Position numbers and translations under genes: made by a program. Under the pieces are notes generated by a model that saw nothing but the letters and a program-made list of their open reading frames with translations, made no database searches and was not told where the DNA came from. Source: Tubiluchus corallicola (lineage: Eukaryota; Animalia; Priapulida). From it: a stretch of DNA of 64,000 nucleotides. The stretch covers positions 20,648-84,647 of the forward strand of contig JAQGDQ010000880.1 in assembly GCA_030141605.1 (NCBI GenBank), given 5' to 3'. Positions 62,001 to 64,000 of the stretch are shown here, one piece after another. Each line of letters begins with the position of its first letter. Position 1 is the stretch's first letter.

Positions 62001-63699
62001 ATTATCTGCATTACATGCGCAGTAATTGACTGTTCCCAGTGTTTGACCAACCACTCTGCCCTTTGCTTGATCACCTATATCATAGAAACAATATACACGT
62101 ATAAGAAACAAAAAGCTCAGACCTACTCTGCTACATTAGGTCAGCAGCTATAGTGGTACAATCTTCAACCTATTACTGCAATGTTCTGGGTTCTAGTCCT
62201 GGCTGGCTTACAATTTTTTAACGTATTGCTTGTGCTCCAATTATTTAGCTTTTAAGTTAATTGTTGTTTATGCGTAAATAGTTAAATTTACTAAATTCTG
62301 GGGTGTCACAGTTCAAAAATATGTTCAGACAAAAAATAAAGTGCAGGTTTTTCACAATGGTCACCTAACAGATGGACAATTTGCGACTTTAAGTTGCGAT
62401 TTTTGCAATAGGACAAATGCTTTCATTACAACAGACATAATATATTACTGATATAGTTTCCTGCAGTCACGAAAACAAAAAAACGCTACCATTATAAATT
62501 TACACAAGACAGTACGCAAACACGAACTTTTGTTTTTTGGCAAACTTGTTAATGAAAGCCAAACAGCAATACAACAATAAGCTGTGCAAAGATATGAAAC
62601 AGTTTAAAATACGCACCTGAAACCTGAGTGCCTAGTGCCTCCCTTATGTTCCATACTATTACATAATCATCACTGCAAGAACACAGAAATGAACGGCTAC
62701 CAAAACAAAGGGCTGTTATGACACTTGTGTGACCTTCTAACAGCAACGGCTGAAAAACAAACTAGAAAGTATATCAGGCGATAAAGGAAATGCAAATGAC
62801 TAAGGCTATAACAAAAATTCACTTCACACAGTACAGCTCAGCTTCAACTGTCTAGGAGTTGAGTTAGTTAGCTAAGTTTTTAAGTTGCCCAGCCTCACAG
62901 AAGAATTAAGCATCTCCCGGAAGAGGTTAATAATCAGAATACCCTGTTGCCACTTAAGTAAACTGGAAAAGTTGTTAGTCGTAGAGTGGACTCACTGTTT
63001 CTGGCTTGAGTAAGCTAAGAAAGCTGCTAATCCTAGAGTGGGCTCAGAATTCTTTGCCCTGATTTGTTTAAGCTTGGAGATTTGTGGATCCCAGAGTGGA
63101 CTCAGAATTCCCTGCTCCTGGTTGGAGAGTTGTTAATCCTAGAGTGAACTCAGAACTCTCTGCTCCTGGTGTGAGCAAGCTCAAAAAGTTGTTGATCCTA
63201 GAGTGTACTTAGAATTCCCTCCTCTTGTGTTAAATAAACTTGTAGAGAGTTGTTGCTCACAGATAATATTCAGCATACTCAGTTTTGACTTAAAGCTAGA
63301 GCTATTGACCCCAGGATTGACTGCAAATGCTCTGTCTCTGTTTGAGCAAACTGAGAGAGATAATAAACCCTCCACTTGCAATACGCACTCCACTCTGGGA
63401 ACTTAGCCTTTGAGCTGAAATATTTAAAATTTAAAAGATTTAAAAAATTGGTTATCCATCAAATGGTGAATAATGCTCAAGTAAAGGAAGTGGAAAATAG
63501 ATCAGTAAAAACAGTGTTAGGTCAAAATTGTGAACTCTTTAACGACTAATACTTTGGTTTCAAGGTCAGTTACTGTCCAAATTCCAACATGAAACCTCCT
63601 CGATGGAATAGCAACAAATGTTCCATCAAAAGCAATTTGTGTAGCATAATGTCCATCAATCTCAGATGATATAATGTTACCAATTTCTTCACCACACAT
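45491..63699 (-). CDS. WDR27: WD repeat-containing protein 27, ~876 aa, 22 coding exons
   Basis: Exons (minus): 63553-63699, 62617-62749, 61950-62074, 61618-61783, 61150-61356, 60367-60559, 59983-60086, 58550-58644, 57141-57256, 56003-56082, 55778-55877, 54678-54755, 54428-54531, 52743-52844, 51811-51986, 50632-50765, 48991-49088, 48309-48430, 47601-47698, 46280-46382, 45951-46049, 45491-45541; all GT-AG and in phase. Motifs LLLEGHTSVITALCFG, SDDRTFKIWD, VTFHDRIKSSGY, AQFYYMDKFLLL, SAINSFYSYIV, KLWDLRT, FSPCSRFIAMGSEDK, VAFHP, LVTATLDG. Confidence 0.9.
46583..47202 (+). mobile_element. TTAA-flanked non-autonomous DNA element (Kolobok-like); inverted copy at 53351-53934
   Basis: ttaaagcaaaattggaccc...catgtcttcctttaa; reverse-complement similarity to 53351-53934 along its length. 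Confidence 0.65.
49190..49508. repeat. 32-bp minisatellite, ~10 copies (aatgtagccactgctataaaactgctcttctt)
   Basis: gccactgc recurs at 49261, 49293 etc. (period 32). Confidence 0.95.
50039..50221 (-). mobile_element. CR1-type LINE RT C-terminal remnant
   Basis: FKYSFANRVIDMWNS...IINANNLRSF..KL matches the CR1 FF..RV...WN.L....V.A..L..FK..L pattern. Confidence 0.7.
51217..51572. mobile_element. hAT MITE, second copy of the 35177 family
   Basis: tacaggtgagcattcga / tcgatgctcaccccta; perfect 8-bp TSD ttgaaggg; internal similarity to 35177-35551. Confidence 0.88.
53351..53934 (-). mobile_element. Kolobok-like element, inverted copy of 46583-47202
   Basis: Shared segments, e.g. ggcaagttttaagataaaaattcaaatttcaattttaccgctgtgctcacg, are the reverse complement of ~46868-46922. 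Confidence 0.65.
56394..56850. mobile_element. Degenerate hAT-like MITE
   Basis: caggggcg... / ...ctagatccgccactg termini; TSD only partly matching (ctaac). Confidence 0.45.
57843..58305. mobile_element. piggyBac-like MITE
   Basis: ccctttcagtccc / gggtatgaaaggg termini, TTCA/TTAA flanks, internal palindromes gtatcccaNgggatac at ~57976 and ~58274. Confidence 0.7.
59130..59297 (-). mobile_element. tRNA-derived SINE fragment
   Basis: Minus strand has tRNA-like A/B boxes (gtctagtggtaacgtgtccgc...ggttcgatac) followed by ggtcatgccaaaggctttaaaaatgg core; flanked by a gcagca.aagtc-containing duplication. Confidence 0.55.
62960..63370. repeat. Degenerate ~50-60-bp tandem repeat (gttgttaatcctagagtggactcagaattc...) in a WDR27 intron
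   Basis: At least 5 recognisable units sharing cctagagtg.actcagaa. Confidence 0.75.
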
Positions 63700-64000
63700 T
63701 TAGTTAGAACGAGTCTCCATACACCTGAAACTGCAAAACAAGTAATAAATATAAACACCTCACGCATGCGTACTTGCTGCATGGCCTTACACCAATTCCA
63801 TTATTTTCAGATTCCAGTGTAGACGTTAGTGCATAATTATGCAGCATAAAGTGTACTGCACAATAATAAATTATTACTCTGACACTGAGAATAAAAGGGT
63901 AATAGTCATTGGAACAACATTAAATTACTTTGATAAGAAGGCAGAACTGGTGCAAATACACGTCTCTTCATATTTCCATAAATTTGTCTTATTTAAATTT

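Noticed and set aside
62140-62210. tRNA-like sequences here and at ~47250-47325 and ~56320-56380
   Set aside because: No intact cloverleaf; probably decayed SINE heads.

Overview
AT-rich, repeat-rich eukaryotic (invertebrate metazoan-type) genomic window. Spliced genes were reconstructed by hand from GT-AG boundaries with consistent phase: a C6orf118-like gene (- strand, runs off the left edge, 11.2-kb repeat-filled intron), RPL24 (+, 6 coding exons, 153 aa), ASF1 (+, 4 exons, 205 aa) and WDR27 (-, 22 coding exons, ~876 aa). A tRNA-His(GTG) sits in the divergent C6orf118/RPL24 intergenic region, with a decayed duplicate in the C6orf118 intron. Between ASF1 and WDR27 lie two tandem, intron-less TTLL9 copies with mosaic divergence and different lesions at conserved positions; the second has a premature TAA in a CTAG read-through context. 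RPL24 introns host H/ACA snoRNAs: two SNORA17/ACA17-type paralogues plus further candidates, one apparently split by a hAT MITE. Other notable items are a tandem array of ~9 RFX X-box-like motifs in the C6orf118 intron, a nested transposon stack upstream of ASF1 that keeps an intact 81-aa zinc-finger mini-ORF, many MITEs, LINE remnants and long microsatellites. Gene and family names come from recalled motifs, not from database searches.
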